Positions 31,934 through 41,658 of a stretch of 64,000 bases of DNA are shown here, one piece after another (position 1 is the stretch's first letter; every line of letters begins with the position of its first letter). Source of the DNA: an uncultured delta proteobacterium (lineage in GTDB: Bacteria > Desulfobacterota > Binatia > Binatales > Binataceae); the NCBI GenBank assembly GCA_963808235.1, contig CAWEEQ010000004.1, forward strand, positions 2,016,001-2,080,000, read 5' to 3'. The position numbers and the translations under genes were made by a program. Under the pieces are notes generated by a model. The model worked only from the letters and a program-made list of their open reading frames with translations, had not been told where the DNA came from and did no database searches.

Positions 31934-32931
31934 AGATGATGCAGTCCTCGAACCGCGTCGAAGCTCGCTACTTGCATCGAGGCGGCGTTGTGCGCATAGC
32001 CGATTCGGCCCCGCCGATCGACGAGTATTATGCCGGCCTCTGCGCCGGTTGCGTCGATCATCTCAGCGATCGCCTCTCGTGCGATTGCGTCGGGTGCGCC
32101 GTCGGCAAGCGCGATTACCGCCTCACGGCATAGCGCAGTCAGGATTATCGCCTCGCCCTGCCCGGTCGCCGATGCGCCTCCGAGTGCATGCGCGAACGTG
32201 CCGGCGCCGATAATCGCCGAATCGCCTACCCGCCCGAAGAGTTTGCCCGGCACGCCGCCGGTCGAAGTTGCGGCGGCGATCGCGGTGCGCGAATCAATCG
32301 CGACGGCGCCCACGGTGCCATGTCCAATCGCGGCGCGAGCGGCAGCCTCGGCGTCGGACACCGCGCGTTGCTGTCGTCGCGCGCGCCATCGCTCGCGCGC
32401 GCGCTCCGAAATCATTTCCTCGGGACGGACCAGACGGATACCTACCTTGCGCGCAAAACTTTCCGCCCCGGCACCCGCCATCATTATATGTGGCGAATGT
32501 TCCATGATGGCGCGCGCGAGCGCGACCGGATTGCGAACGCGGCTGACTGCCGCGACCGCGCCCGCCGTCACCGTATATTCGGTTTCATGATCCGCATGAT
32601 TCGGATGGCGCAGGCGTTTCGGTCGTCGCTCATCTTGATTCGCGATCGCACTGGTTGCCGGCTCCGCCGCCATCACCGACGCGTCCATCTCGACGTGGCC
32701 CTCCGAGTTGAGCAGTGAACCGTAGCCGGCATTGAAGAGCGGATGATCTTCGAGCGCCGCCACCGTCGCCACGACCGCATCCAGAGCGGTGCCGCCGTGG
32801 CGCAGGATCTGCGCGCCGGCGCGCATCGCCGCGAGCATCGCGCGGCGGCGCTCGGCGCGCTCGGTAACGGGACCGGCTACTCCCGCTCCGCCATGAGCAA
32901 CGAGCGCGGGGATGATTCGGCTGCGAGCCAT
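31897..32931 (-). CDS. Isoaspartyl peptidase/L-asparaginase (Ntn hydrolase)
   Basis: HGGAG, LED.PLFNAG.GS, GTVGAVA nucleophile Thr, STGG, GRVGDS. Confidence 0.93.
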   Translation of the reverse strand: MARSRIIPALVAHGGAGVAGPVTERAERRRAMLAAMRAGAQILRHGGTALDAVVATVAALEDHPLFNAGYGSLLNSEGHVEMDASVMAAEPATSAIANQDERRPKRLRHPNHADHETEYTVTAGAVAAVSRVRNPVALARAIMEHSPHIMMAGAGAESFARKVGIRLVRPEEMISERARERWRARRQQRAVSDAEAAARAAIGHGTVGAVAIDSRTAIAAATSTGGVPGKLFGRVGDSAIIGAGTFAHALGGASATGQGEAIILTALCREAVIALADGAPDAIAREAIAEMIDATGAEAGIILVDRRGRIGYAHNAASMQVASFDAVRGLHHLWLKPIATARRP

Positions 32932-32932
32932 T

Positions 32933-33730
32933 TCAATGGCCGGGGCGGGTGGCCCAGATGAACAGGCGCTTGAAGTCGAAGGTCATTGGGCCCGTCGTGC
33001 CGTACGCCGAATTGAGGCGCTCGGTCAGCCCAGCCAGAAATTCGTCGTGGCGATCATTCGGCAGCGCGTCAATGAACGGCCGAAGCCCGGTCGAGCGGTA
33101 CCATTGAACGACGTCGGCCGGATGATCCATCGGATGATGAAACGTCAGGTAATAGCAGTCGATGCGGTGGTAGCCGAGCTCGGCGAGCATCGCGGCGTAA
33201 AATTCCGGCGGATCTTCGCGAAACGCGCGCTCGCGCCCGGAGAGCATCGCGCGCCACGGGTCTTCGCGGACGAGCTTTCCGAGTTCGACCTTGGCGGTCT
33301 CGGTTTCGTTGGCGGGCATCTGCACCACGATTCTTCCGCCCGGCTTGAGCGCGGCGAAACACGACACGAACAGCGCGCGCCGATCAGGAATCCACTGAAA
33401 GGTGGCGTTGGAAAATATCAGAGAGAAAACGCGCTCCGCGTGGAACTTCGGGACGTCGAGCAGCTCGAATGAGACCCGGCGCTGCAAGTCTTCCGATTCC
33501 TTATCGACCAGCTTGCGCGCCGCCTCGATCATCGCGGGCGACCCGTCGATTCCGAGCGCGGTACCGTCCGCGGAGCGCCGGGCGAGATCGAGCGTGTTCT
33601 CGCCGGAGCCACATCCGAGGTCAACTATCGTTTCATCGCCAGTAAGCTGAAGCCGCGACAGGATATGCTCAACGGGCTCGGCGCGGTAACGACGGAAACG
33701 GTTGTAGAGTTCGGGATCCCAATCGGCCAT
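32933..33730 (-). CDS. SAM-dependent methyltransferase, trans-aconitate 2-methyltransferase-like
   Basis: WDP..Y.RF, DLGCGSG, FSNATFQWIPD, TGLRPF. Confidence 0.88.
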   Translation of the reverse strand: MADWDPELYNRFRRYRAEPVEHILSRLQLTGDETIVDLGCGSGENTLDLARRSADGTALGIDGSPAMIEAARKLVDKESEDLQRRVSFELLDVPKFHAERVFSLIFSNATFQWIPDRRALFVSCFAALKPGGRIVVQMPANETETAKVELGKLVREDPWRAMLSGRERAFREDPPEFYAAMLAELGYHRIDCYYLTFHHPMDHPADVVQWYRSTGLRPFIDALPNDRHDEFLAGLTERLNSAYGTTGPMTFDFKRLFIWATRPGH

Positions 33731-33875
33731 CTTGCGTCGCGCCTCTGTGGGGCAGCATAGGGAGCGTGGGAATCGGTCACAAGCGGAGTTGTGGGTGCGC
33801 CGGGTGTAGGAATGCCAGGCGCAAAGATTGGCGCGCACTTGCGGGGGGGCGTGCGATCAGACAAAAGCATAACCG

Positions 33876-34892
33876 ATGAGCGCGAACGATCCTGCCGCAG
33901 GTGCCGGGGTGGCGAGCAAGCGCAGGCCGCGGCGTATCTTTGCGGTCGGCGCGTTGTTTCTTCTGGTCCCGGCGATGATCTGGGTTGTCGCCGCATACTT
34001 CGTCGCGCGTTCACTCAAGTACCCGGACTTTCTCTATCACGGCAACCGCCGGGACATTTTCGGCGCGCATGTTCCAGCGTTCAAACGCGGCTCGGTCACC
34101 GACATTGCCGCTGCGATCCACGTCGAGCCGGAGAGATTCGATGCCGGCACGGTCGAGGATGACGCGGGGCGTCATCGCCAGGTCAGCGTTGTCGGATGGT
34201 ATTTTCCGGGCACGCGGCACGAGGTGGTGGTGATCGTGCCCGCGGACGGGGCCACCGAAGATGACCTGATCCCATACATAAAATTTCTTCATGACGCCGG
34301 GTATACGGTGGTCGCGAACTACAGTTCGAACAATCCAGAATTCGGAGTCAGCTGGGGGATGCTGAAACGCAAGTTCGCGCTTGCGACGGCGCGCGCGCTG
34401 AAGGAACTCGGCTTCGACAAAATAGCGGTGCTGGGAATTTCGGAGGGCGCCGCCGGAGCGATTATGGCCCAGGCCGAGCAGCCGGTCTTCACGGCGGTCG
34501 TCGCCGATAGCTCGTACGCGAATCTCGAGCAGTTGATCTTGCGCAGTCCCTCTATTTCGAGATTGAACCCCGCGTTCGCGAGCACCGTAATCTGGGAAGC
34601 GCAGTGGCTGTTCGGCCGGCCTTTGAGGAAAATCTCGCCGCTCGACGCGGCTTCGAATCTTGGCAACTGCCCGCTGCTGGTCATCCAGGATCGCGACGAC
34701 AAGATAACACCGCTCGCCGATGGCAAGGCGATTCTTTACGCCGCGGGCATGAATTCGCAAATCTGGATCGTGCCGAGCGAAGGTCACGGCGACGCTATCT
34801 TCGAGGCGCCTGCGGATTATGCGGCGCGGGTGATCAAGTTCCTGGACGCGAGTTTTGGAATTGAAAGGGCGTCTGCTCCGCCGAGAAGGTAG
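33876..34892 (+). CDS. Membrane-anchored alpha/beta hydrolase
   Basis: N-terminal TM, GISEG nucleophile elbow, DKITP Asp, GH His. Confidence 0.85.
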   Translation: MSANDPAAGAGVASKRRPRRIFAVGALFLLVPAMIWVVAAYFVARSLKYPDFLYHGNRRDIFGAHVPAFKRGSVTDIAAAIHVEPERFDAGTVEDDAGRHRQVSVVGWYFPGTRHEVVVIVPADGATEDDLIPYIKFLHDAGYTVVANYSSNNPEFGVSWGMLKRKFALATARALKELGFDKIAVLGISEGAAGAIMAQAEQPVFTAVVADSSYANLEQLILRSPSISRLNPAFASTVIWEAQWLFGRPLRKISPLDAASNLGNCPLLVIQDRDDKITPLADGKAILYAAGMNSQIWIVPSEGHGDAIFEAPADYAARVIKFLDASFGIERASAPPRR

Positions 34893-34919
34893 AGTTTGCT
34901 CGAGAGCCGGATGCGCGCG

Positions 34920-35005
34920 CCCTCACCCGCGCGCGACCAGTGTGTCGCGCACGTCCTCTCCCGTTTTGCGGATGGCGACTCGAGTCGCCAGCCGCGGGAG
35001 AGGTG
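34920..35005. repeat. REP-like structured element between convergent genes
   Basis: CCCTCACCCG...CCTCTCCCG...CGGGAGAGG enclosing the perfect 18-bp palindrome TGGCGACTCGAGTCGCCA (34973-34990). Confidence 0.75.
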
Positions 35006-35011
35006 AATGCG

Positions 35012-35905
35012 TTACATTCTTGGCGTGCCCAGATCTACGAGCAGCGTGGATTTCAGGCGCTCGAACAACTCGTCGACGTCCCACGGGCCGTTGTTGTAGA
35101 GGATCTTGTCGGGCGCGATATGCCGGTAGCGCATGATCCGGTAGCCCGACGCACCGAAGCATTGGCCAGTCACCTTCTCGGCCGCGTCGCTGGCGAGGAA
35201 CACCACGATCGGCGCGACGTTGGCCGGATCGCGCGGAGTACCCTCGACCTGGTCTGATTGCGGAATCCCAGTGGCGCCGGGCATCCTGCCCGCCGGAATC
35301 GTATCAGTCATTCGCGTTGACGCGCCCGGCATGATTGCGTTCACCGTGATTCCGTATTTTTGCAAAGAGTTCGCGCTCGAATAGGTGAGACCCAGGATTC
35401 CCGCCTTGGCCGCCGCGTAGTTGGGCTGGCCGGGACTGCCGAGCGCCGAGTTCGACGAGAAGTTTATGATGCGGCCGTACTTGCGCTCGCGCATGTGCGC
35501 GGACGCGGGACGCATCGTGCAGTAATGCCCTTTCAGGTGCACCCGGATCACGTCGTCCCATTCCTGCTCGGTCATGTTGAAGATCATGCGATCGCGCAGG
35601 ATGCCGGCGACGTTGACCAGGATGTCGAGTTTGCCGAACTCCTTGATCGCCTGGTTGACGAGACCCTCTCCGCCTTCGACGGTTCCGATATCCATATGAT
35701 TGGAGACCGCGTTTCCGCCCTTGGCTTTGATTTCTTTGGCGACGTCATCGGCGGGCGACTGTGTTTCTTTCTGGCCCGCGACCGTAACTCCGAGGTCGTT
35801 GATCACGACTGCGCATCCTTGTGCGGCGAATGCCCTCGCGATGCCGCGGCCGATACCGCGGCCGCCGCCGGTGATTGCGGCTACCTTACCGTCGAGCTTG
35901 CCCAT
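35012..35905 (-). CDS. SDR family oxidoreductase
   Basis: TGGGRGIG, VINDLG, AGILRD, NYAAAK. Confidence 0.93.
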   Translation of the reverse strand: MGKLDGKVAAITGGGRGIGRGIARAFAAQGCAVVINDLGVTVAGQKETQSPADDVAKEIKAKGGNAVSNHMDIGTVEGGEGLVNQAIKEFGKLDILVNVAGILRDRMIFNMTEQEWDDVIRVHLKGHYCTMRPASAHMRERKYGRIINFSSNSALGSPGQPNYAAAKAGILGLTYSSANSLQKYGITVNAIMPGASTRMTDTIPAGRMPGATGIPQSDQVEGTPRDPANVAPIVVFLASDAAEKVTGQCFGASGYRIMRYRHIAPDKILYNNGPWDVDELFERLKSTLLVDLGTPRM

Positions 35906-36057
35906 CGCTTAAAATCTCCCTTGCGGCGAAATGCGGAAATCCAAACGCTGCGAATTGTTTCGGTTCCCGCTGCCTCGTGTTTTGCTTCCTATATAGATAG
36001 ACCGCTTATAGCGCAAAACTCGGCGAACGGAACAGCCGCGCCGTGGTTTACGGACTG

Positions 36058-37137
36058 CTACCTGGGCAGCTTGTAAGGATCGGAAAAAACGAATTCCTCG
36101 ATCACGCCGGCGGTGGTCAGCTTGCCGATTTTTCCATTCGGCTCGGTGAACCACAGCGTCCCGTCGGGACCGCCGGTGATAAATGTCGCCATCGTTTTAT
36201 CCGAGGTGTGGAACTCCGTGAATTGTCCGGCCGGAGTGATCCTGTAGATCCGATGCGCGCTCACCATCGTGACCCAGAGGTTTTTATCCGAGCCGGTCGC
36301 GATCCCAAGCGGCACGCCGCTGGTCGGCATCGAGAATTCCGTTATCGCTCCGTCGGGAGTGATTCGCCCGATCTGGTCCACCTGCGGCTGAGTAAACCAG
36401 ATATTGCCGTCCGCGCCGAGCGTCATCATCGCGGGATGGCTGTCGGGCGTGGGTATTTGAAATTCCTTCACCGAACCGGCGGGCGTTACGCGCGCGATCC
36501 GATTTACATGATCCTCGGCAAACCACAGGTTGCCATCGCTGCCAGTGACGATTTCAGCCGCGCCGGTGTTCTTGGGTAAAGTGATTTCGGTGAGCGTGCC
36601 TGTCGGGCGGAGCCGTCCGATGCGATCTCCCGAATGCTCTGTAAACCACAGGTTCCCGTCGGGCCCCGAAGTGATTCCGACCGGGCCGCTGTCCGAATGC
36701 GGCAGCTTTAGGTAGGCGATTTTTCCATCCGGAGCGACTCGTCCGATCCGGTTTCCGGGCGTATCGGTAAACCATACCGCGCCATCGGGACCCGCCGTGA
36801 TTCGTTCGGCAAACCCGTCCGGATTGATCGGTATTCGCCTGGTCGCGCCGTAGGGAGTGATGCGGCCGATCGCGTCGCCCTGGTACTCCGTGAACCAGAG
36901 ATTTCCGTCGAGTCCAGCCGTGATTGCGTACGGAGCGTGCGTGCTGATCGGCGCTCCAGTCGCGGTAGGCTGCGCGGCCGGAACCGCCGCGGCGACCGGC
37001 GCCGCACTGACCGGACGCACCGTGGGCTTTTGCGACCCGCACCCGGACGTCATCGCGATCGCGAGACCCGCGAGCGCGCATGCGACACCGCGCAGAACGC
37101 GCGAGCCTCGCGCTTGCATCGGCGAAATCGATCTCAC
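36058..37137 (-). CDS. Vgb (virginiamycin B lyase)-like beta-propeller lipoprotein
   Basis: About seven IT.GPDGNLWFTE repeats; TSGC lipobox. Confidence 0.88.
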   Translation of the reverse strand: MRSISPMQARGSRVLRGVACALAGLAIAMTSGCGSQKPTVRPVSAAPVAAAVPAAQPTATGAPISTHAPYAITAGLDGNLWFTEYQGDAIGRITPYGATRRIPINPDGFAERITAGPDGAVWFTDTPGNRIGRVAPDGKIAYLKLPHSDSGPVGITSGPDGNLWFTEHSGDRIGRLRPTGTLTEITLPKNTGAAEIVTGSDGNLWFAEDHVNRIARVTPAGSVKEFQIPTPDSHPAMMTLGADGNIWFTQPQVDQIGRITPDGAITEFSMPTSGVPLGIATGSDKNLWVTMVSAHRIYRITPAGQFTEFHTSDKTMATFITGGPDGTLWFTEPNGKIGKLTTAGVIEEFVFSDPYKLPR

Positions 37138-37190
37138 TTTACGATTCTGGATCTCACTTTACGATTTGGATCTCATCTCACGATTTGATC
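37130..37190. repeat. Triple 19-22-bp tandem repeat
   Basis: GATCTCACTTTACGATTCTG / GATCTCACTTTACGATTTG / GATCTCATCTCACGATTTGATC. Confidence 0.85.
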
Positions 37191-38330
37191 GTGGCGCAGC
37201 TCCGCGACTTCCCCGGCGCTGAAACCGAACTCGCCCAGGATCTCGTCGGTGTGCTGGCCCAAGTCGGGAGCATGGCGCCACAGCTCGGGTTCCGTGCGCG
37301 AGAATCGCGCCGGCGATCGCACTGCTCGAACCCGGCCAGCCTTCGGATGTTCATATTCGAAGAACGTTTCGTTGGCGACGAACTGCGGATCGTTCCAAAT
37401 AGTGTCGTAGTCGTTGACGGGGCCGCATGGAACGTCGGCAGCCTCGATCCGCTCGAGCCAGTAGGCCGACACCTCAGTCGGGAAGAGCGTGATGAGACTC
37501 TTGATCGATCGCTTCACTCGCTCCGGACGCGGCTCGTCGCCTTCGAACCATTCCGGATGGCCGACCGCCTTCAGAATCGCCGCCCAATGTTTGTCGGTCA
37601 GCGGCGCAATCGTGATGTATCCGTCGGCGGTCTGGAATGGCTCGAGGGTGTTCATCGAGGGCGGCACGCCACGCGTGTCGGGCAGATAGGTGTGGCGCGA
37701 AGCAGTGTCGGGCATCAGGTAGTATGCGACCGCGTCGATCATCGCGATCTTCAGATGCTGCCCCTTGCCGCTTCGAGTCGCCTCGTTGAGGGCGGCGAGG
37801 ATCGAGATCGCCGCCGTCATCGCGGTGACTTTGTCGCCGAGAATATTTTTCACCGCGCGCGGGCGGCCTTGCGTCCGCTGCGAAGTCATCACGCCGGCCA
37901 TCCCCTGGATAATCGGATCGTACGCGGGTTTATTTACCGACGGACCCGAAAAACCGTAGCCGGAGATCGAGCAATAGACGATCCTGGGATTGCGCGCGGC
38001 GACCGCCTCGTAGCCGACGCCAAGCCGATCGACCACGCCCGGCCGCACGTTTTGGACGACGATATCCGCGTGCGGCGCCATCTTGAGAAATACCTCGGCG
38101 CCGCCCGGGCGCTTGAGATCCAGCATCAACGCGCGCTTGTTGCGGTTCCAGTTGAGAATTCCGACCGGCACGCCGCCACGCACATGACCCGCAACTACGC
38201 GCGACACGTCGCCCTCCGGCGGTTCAATCTTGATTACGTCGGCGCCCAAATCGCCAAGCATCATGGTGCAGAACGGTCCGGACACCACCATGCTCAAATC
38301 GAGCACGCGGACTCCTTCGAGTGGTCCCAT
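37173..38330 (-). CDS. CaiB/BaiF family III CoA-transferase
   Basis: GPLEGVRVLDL, LGDLGADVIKIEP..GD, NRNKR, PAYD, AP.LGQHT. Confidence 0.94.
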   Translation of the reverse strand: MGPLEGVRVLDLSMVVSGPFCTMMLGDLGADVIKIEPPEGDVSRVVAGHVRGGVPVGILNWNRNKRALMLDLKRPGGAEVFLKMAPHADIVVQNVRPGVVDRLGVGYEAVAARNPRIVYCSISGYGFSGPSVNKPAYDPIIQGMAGVMTSQRTQGRPRAVKNILGDKVTAMTAAISILAALNEATRSGKGQHLKIAMIDAVAYYLMPDTASRHTYLPDTRGVPPSMNTLEPFQTADGYITIAPLTDKHWAAILKAVGHPEWFEGDEPRPERVKRSIKSLITLFPTEVSAYWLERIEAADVPCGPVNDYDTIWNDPQFVANETFFEYEHPKAGRVRAVRSPARFSRTEPELWRHAPDLGQHTDEILGEFGFSAGEVAELRHDQIVR

Positions 38331-38451
38331 CTAAGCCTCCAGAAAAAACTGCCGCGCAGGCGCAGAGTCTTGCTTATAGTTCAAGCGGGCTGCCGCTCAC
38401 AACTTGGCCGCGATGGACGCGGACCAGATAGAAATGATTGCGCGGCACCGG

Positions 38452-38742
38452 TTAGTTTGGTTTGAGGCGGGGATCGTTGTCCTCGACGCACACCGCGGCG
38501 CATCGAGGACAGGTCAGATCGAGATTTTCTCCCCGGTGAGAATCTTCGGCATGAGCGGCCTGCCCCGCCTCGTGAGCACGGTCCTTCGCGGTCTCACATC
38601 CCTGACTATGCGGCCATCTGCTTGCGATCGTCCATTCGCTGAGCGGCGCATCGCGATTTACACGCCCGGTGCCGGGTATGGTCGGCGGCATCATCAGAAA
38701 CCAGGTGACCAGACCGAGAGCGGCGATGTGGCTGAGATTCAT
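38452..38742 (-). CDS. Small exported Cys-containing hypothetical protein
   Basis: GGAGG RBS, MNLSHIAALGLVTWFLMMPP hydrophobic N-terminus, four Cys. Confidence 0.65.
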   Translation of the reverse strand: MNLSHIAALGLVTWFLMMPPTIPGTGRVNRDAPLSEWTIASRWPHSQGCETAKDRAHEAGQAAHAEDSHRGENLDLTCPRCAAVCVEDNDPRLKPN

Positions 38743-38868
38743 CGATCGGACCCTCCGCGCGCAATTAAATTGAAGCGTCGCGCTCAGCGCAATTGACTGA
38801 CGCACGGCACTCGGATAAGTTTTCCGGTTTCCCCGAACTGTACCCCGATCGCGTAAGGGTCTCGTCCT

Positions 38869-39861
38869 ATGCCGCAGATTCTCGTTCAAGATCTGGCCAA
38901 GACGTATCGCGTTTCCGAACGCGCGCCCGGCGCCTGGGGCAGTATCAAGGGCCTGTTCAAGCGCCGCTATCGCACGGTCGAGGCGCTCAAGGGGATCAGC
39001 TTCTCGCTCGAGCGCGGCGAGCTGCTCGGTTTCATCGGGCCGAACGGGGCGGGAAAATCCACCACCATCAAGATTCTCTCGGGCATCCTGGAACCACTGT
39101 CAGGCCGATGCGAAGTGGACGGGCTCACCCCGTGGCGCGATCGAATCCGGCACGTGGCGCGGATCGGCGTGGTCTTTGGCCAGCGCACGCAGCTCTGGTG
39201 GGATTTGCCGGTCGTCGATGGATTCGACCTCCTGCGCGACATCTACAGCGTCCCGGAAGCGCGATACCGGCGGACCAGGAACGAGATGGTTGACCTGATG
39301 CGCCTCGAGCGGCTGCTCGATCAGCCGGTCCGGCAACTCTCGCTCGGCCAGCGAATGCGATGCGAGATCGCGGCCGCGATGCTTCATTCTCCGTCGATTC
39401 TCTTTCTCGACGAACCGACCATCGGTCTCGACGCGCCGTCCAAGCTCGCGGTGCGCGAGTTCGTGAAGACGCTCAATCGCGAGCGCGGCGTCACGGTCAT
39501 CCTGACTACACACGACATGCATGACATCGAGGCGCTCGCCGAGCGAGTCATCGTGATCGGCAACGGCGTTATCCTGGCCGACAAGGCATTCGAGTTGTTG
39601 CGCGCGGAGGTTCTCAGCGAGCGCCGGCTGTTTGTGGATTTCGTCGGCGAGGCACCCGCGCTCGAAATCCCCGGCGTGGTGATCCTGCGCGCCGATGCGA
39701 ATTCCCTGGAACTGTCATTCGAGCCCGGCGCGGTGACGGTTCCCGAGCTGATCGAGAGAATCACAGCAGAGCACGAGCTGGTGGACATCAGAGTCGAGCA
39801 GCCGCGAATCGAGGAAGTGATCGCGCGTTTCTACAATCTCCACGGCGCGACCGAGGGATGA
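38869..39861 (+). CDS. ABC transporter ATP-binding protein
   Basis: GPNGAGKST, LSLGQRMR, LFLDEPT. Confidence 0.95.
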   Translation: MPQILVQDLAKTYRVSERAPGAWGSIKGLFKRRYRTVEALKGISFSLERGELLGFIGPNGAGKSTTIKILSGILEPLSGRCEVDGLTPWRDRIRHVARIGVVFGQRTQLWWDLPVVDGFDLLRDIYSVPEARYRRTRNEMVDLMRLERLLDQPVRQLSLGQRMRCEIAAAMLHSPSILFLDEPTIGLDAPSKLAVREFVKTLNRERGVTVILTTHDMHDIEALAERVIVIGNGVILADKAFELLRAEVLSERRLFVDFVGEAPALEIPGVVILRADANSLELSFEPGAVTVPELIERITAEHELVDIRVEQPRIEEVIARFYNLHGATEG

Positions 39862-40730
39862 CGATGGAGGAATCGTCGGTCATCTCTTGCCGTTTCGCGC
39901 CCTACCGGTTCGCAGTCATGCCGTATCTTTCGGTCTTCAGGATGCGGTTTCTGTTGATGCTGCAATATCGCACCGCCGCGATTGCCGGCTTCGCCACGCA
40001 ATGCTGGTGGGGACTTATCAAGGTGATGGTCTTCGCGGCTTTCTTTCGCAGCACGCTTGCGCATCAGCCATTAAACTTCACGCAAGCGGTCACTTACGTC
40101 TGGCTGGGGCAGGCGTTCCTGGTTCTGCTGCCGTGGAATGCCGATCCGGAAGTAGCCGCGATGGTGCGCACCGGCGACGTTTCGTATGATCGGCTGCGCC
40201 CGCTCGACACCTATTTCTACTGGTACGTGCGCGCGATGGGCTGGATGCTCGCGAGAGCGGTCCCACGCGCCGCGCTGATGTTCGCGATGGCTGGGTTGAT
40301 TCTTCCTCTGGTCGGGCTCGGCAGTTGGCGCTTGAGATTTCCGGCCGGCGCCGAAGCGGGACTGCTCTTCGCGCCGGCGATGCTCTCCGTGCTGTTGCTC
40401 TCGAGCGCGATGGTCATGCTGATCAATATCGCGCTGGTCGCGTCGATGAACGAGCGCGGAACGAATACTCTGATGGTGCCGCTGGTAAACATTCTCTCCG
40501 GCAGCATCGTGCCGTTGCTTTTTTTCCCCAATTGGATGCAGCGGCTGCTGTTCATCCAGCCGTTCGCAGGCCTGGTCGATATTCCGTATCGCATTTACTT
40601 CGGCAACTTGAGCGGCATCGGAGCGCTGGCGGGAATCATTCAGCAGCTCGCCTGGACCGCGATCCTTTTGCTGGTCGGAAAATACCTGATGGTACGCGTG
40701 ATGAGTCGTTTGGAAGTACAGGGCGGTTAA
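39858..40730 (+). CDS. ABC-2 family permease
   Basis: QYR, VRTGD..Y..LRP, SG..VPL.FFP, VQGG end. Confidence 0.9.
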   Translation: MTMEESSVISCRFAPYRFAVMPYLSVFRMRFLLMLQYRTAAIAGFATQCWWGLIKVMVFAAFFRSTLAHQPLNFTQAVTYVWLGQAFLVLLPWNADPEVAAMVRTGDVSYDRLRPLDTYFYWYVRAMGWMLARAVPRAALMFAMAGLILPLVGLGSWRLRFPAGAEAGLLFAPAMLSVLLLSSAMVMLINIALVASMNERGTNTLMVPLVNILSGSIVPLLFFPNWMQRLLFIQPFAGLVDIPYRIYFGNLSGIGALAGIIQQLAWTAILLLVGKYLMVRVMSRLEVQGG

Positions 40731-40733
40731 GCG

Positions 40734-41537
40734 ATGCATGGCGCGAGGCTTTACGTTCGATACTCTGCCGCGTCGATTCGAGCGCAGATGCAATATCCGG
40801 CATCATTCCTGATGCTGACGACGGGACAGTTCACAATCACCTTCGTCGAATTCATCGGCCTGTATGCTCTCTTCCGTCGCTTCGGGCAGATCGACGGATG
40901 GACGATTGGACAGGTCGCGGTTTTCTATGGCGTCGTGAGCATCAGCTTCGCGATCGCCGATTCGATCTCGCGCGGATTCGACGCCTTCGGGACCGACTTC
41001 GTCAAGAACGGCGCCTTCGATCGGATCCTGTTGCGTCCGCGCGCGGCGGCACTCCAGCTTCTTGGCCATGAGCTGCGCCTGACGCGTGGCGGCCGGCTCT
41101 TGCAGGGCCTGTTGGTGCTCGCGATCGCAACAAATCTGTCGGCAGTAGATTGGAATGCGTCTAAACTACTTCTGCTTCTCGCGGCGGTTGTGGGTGGCAC
41201 CGCACTCTTTTTGGGCATCCTGCTATTGCAAGCGACGCTCGCATTCTGGACCATCGAGAGCCTTGAGATTGCCAACACGCTGACCTATGGCGGCGTCGAG
41301 GCTGCGCAATATCCGCTCGACATCTACTCGCGATACTTCCGCGATTTTTTGATCTACATCGTGCCGTTCGGATGCGTTTCGTATTTCCCAGTCGAGCGAC
41401 TACTCGGACATCCCGATCGAATGGGCGCCCCGAACTGGATGCTGGACGTAAGCCCGATAGTCGGCTTCCTGTTCCTGGCGCTGTCGCTTGGCATCTGGCG
41501 ATTCGGCGTCCGGCACTATACCTCTACCGGCAGTTAG
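40734..41537 (+). CDS. ABC-2 family permease
   Basis: G.FD..LLRP, YPLDIY, YTSTGS end. Confidence 0.9.
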   Translation: MHGARLYVRYSAASIRAQMQYPASFLMLTTGQFTITFVEFIGLYALFRRFGQIDGWTIGQVAVFYGVVSISFAIADSISRGFDAFGTDFVKNGAFDRILLRPRAAALQLLGHELRLTRGGRLLQGLLVLAIATNLSAVDWNASKLLLLLAAVVGGTALFLGILLLQATLAFWTIESLEIANTLTYGGVEAAQYPLDIYSRYFRDFLIYIVPFGCVSYFPVERLLGHPDRMGAPNWMLDVSPIVGFLFLALSLGIWRFGVRHYTSTGS

Positions 41538-41658
41538 ATATGTTCGCTCACAGGTTCTGCGCGCTAAAGTAAAGTTCTCTCTCTTATGCCGAGGCACCGA
41601 AAAGTATCATCTTGTCGAAGAAACTTTCTGAAAAATCTTTCCGCGGCGGAGAATCCAG

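Noticed and set aside
31897-32931. Link between the isoaspartyl peptidase and the predicted isoAsp-Arg NRPS product
   Set aside because: Over 10 kb outside the island, in a separate core operon; nothing ties them together
36058-37137. Streptogramin resistance gene
   Set aside because: Only the generic Vgb-like propeller repeat is evident; as a lipoprotein with no resistance context, the function is unsupported
37080-38465. 461-aa + strand ORF
   Set aside because: Antisense to the CoA-transferase
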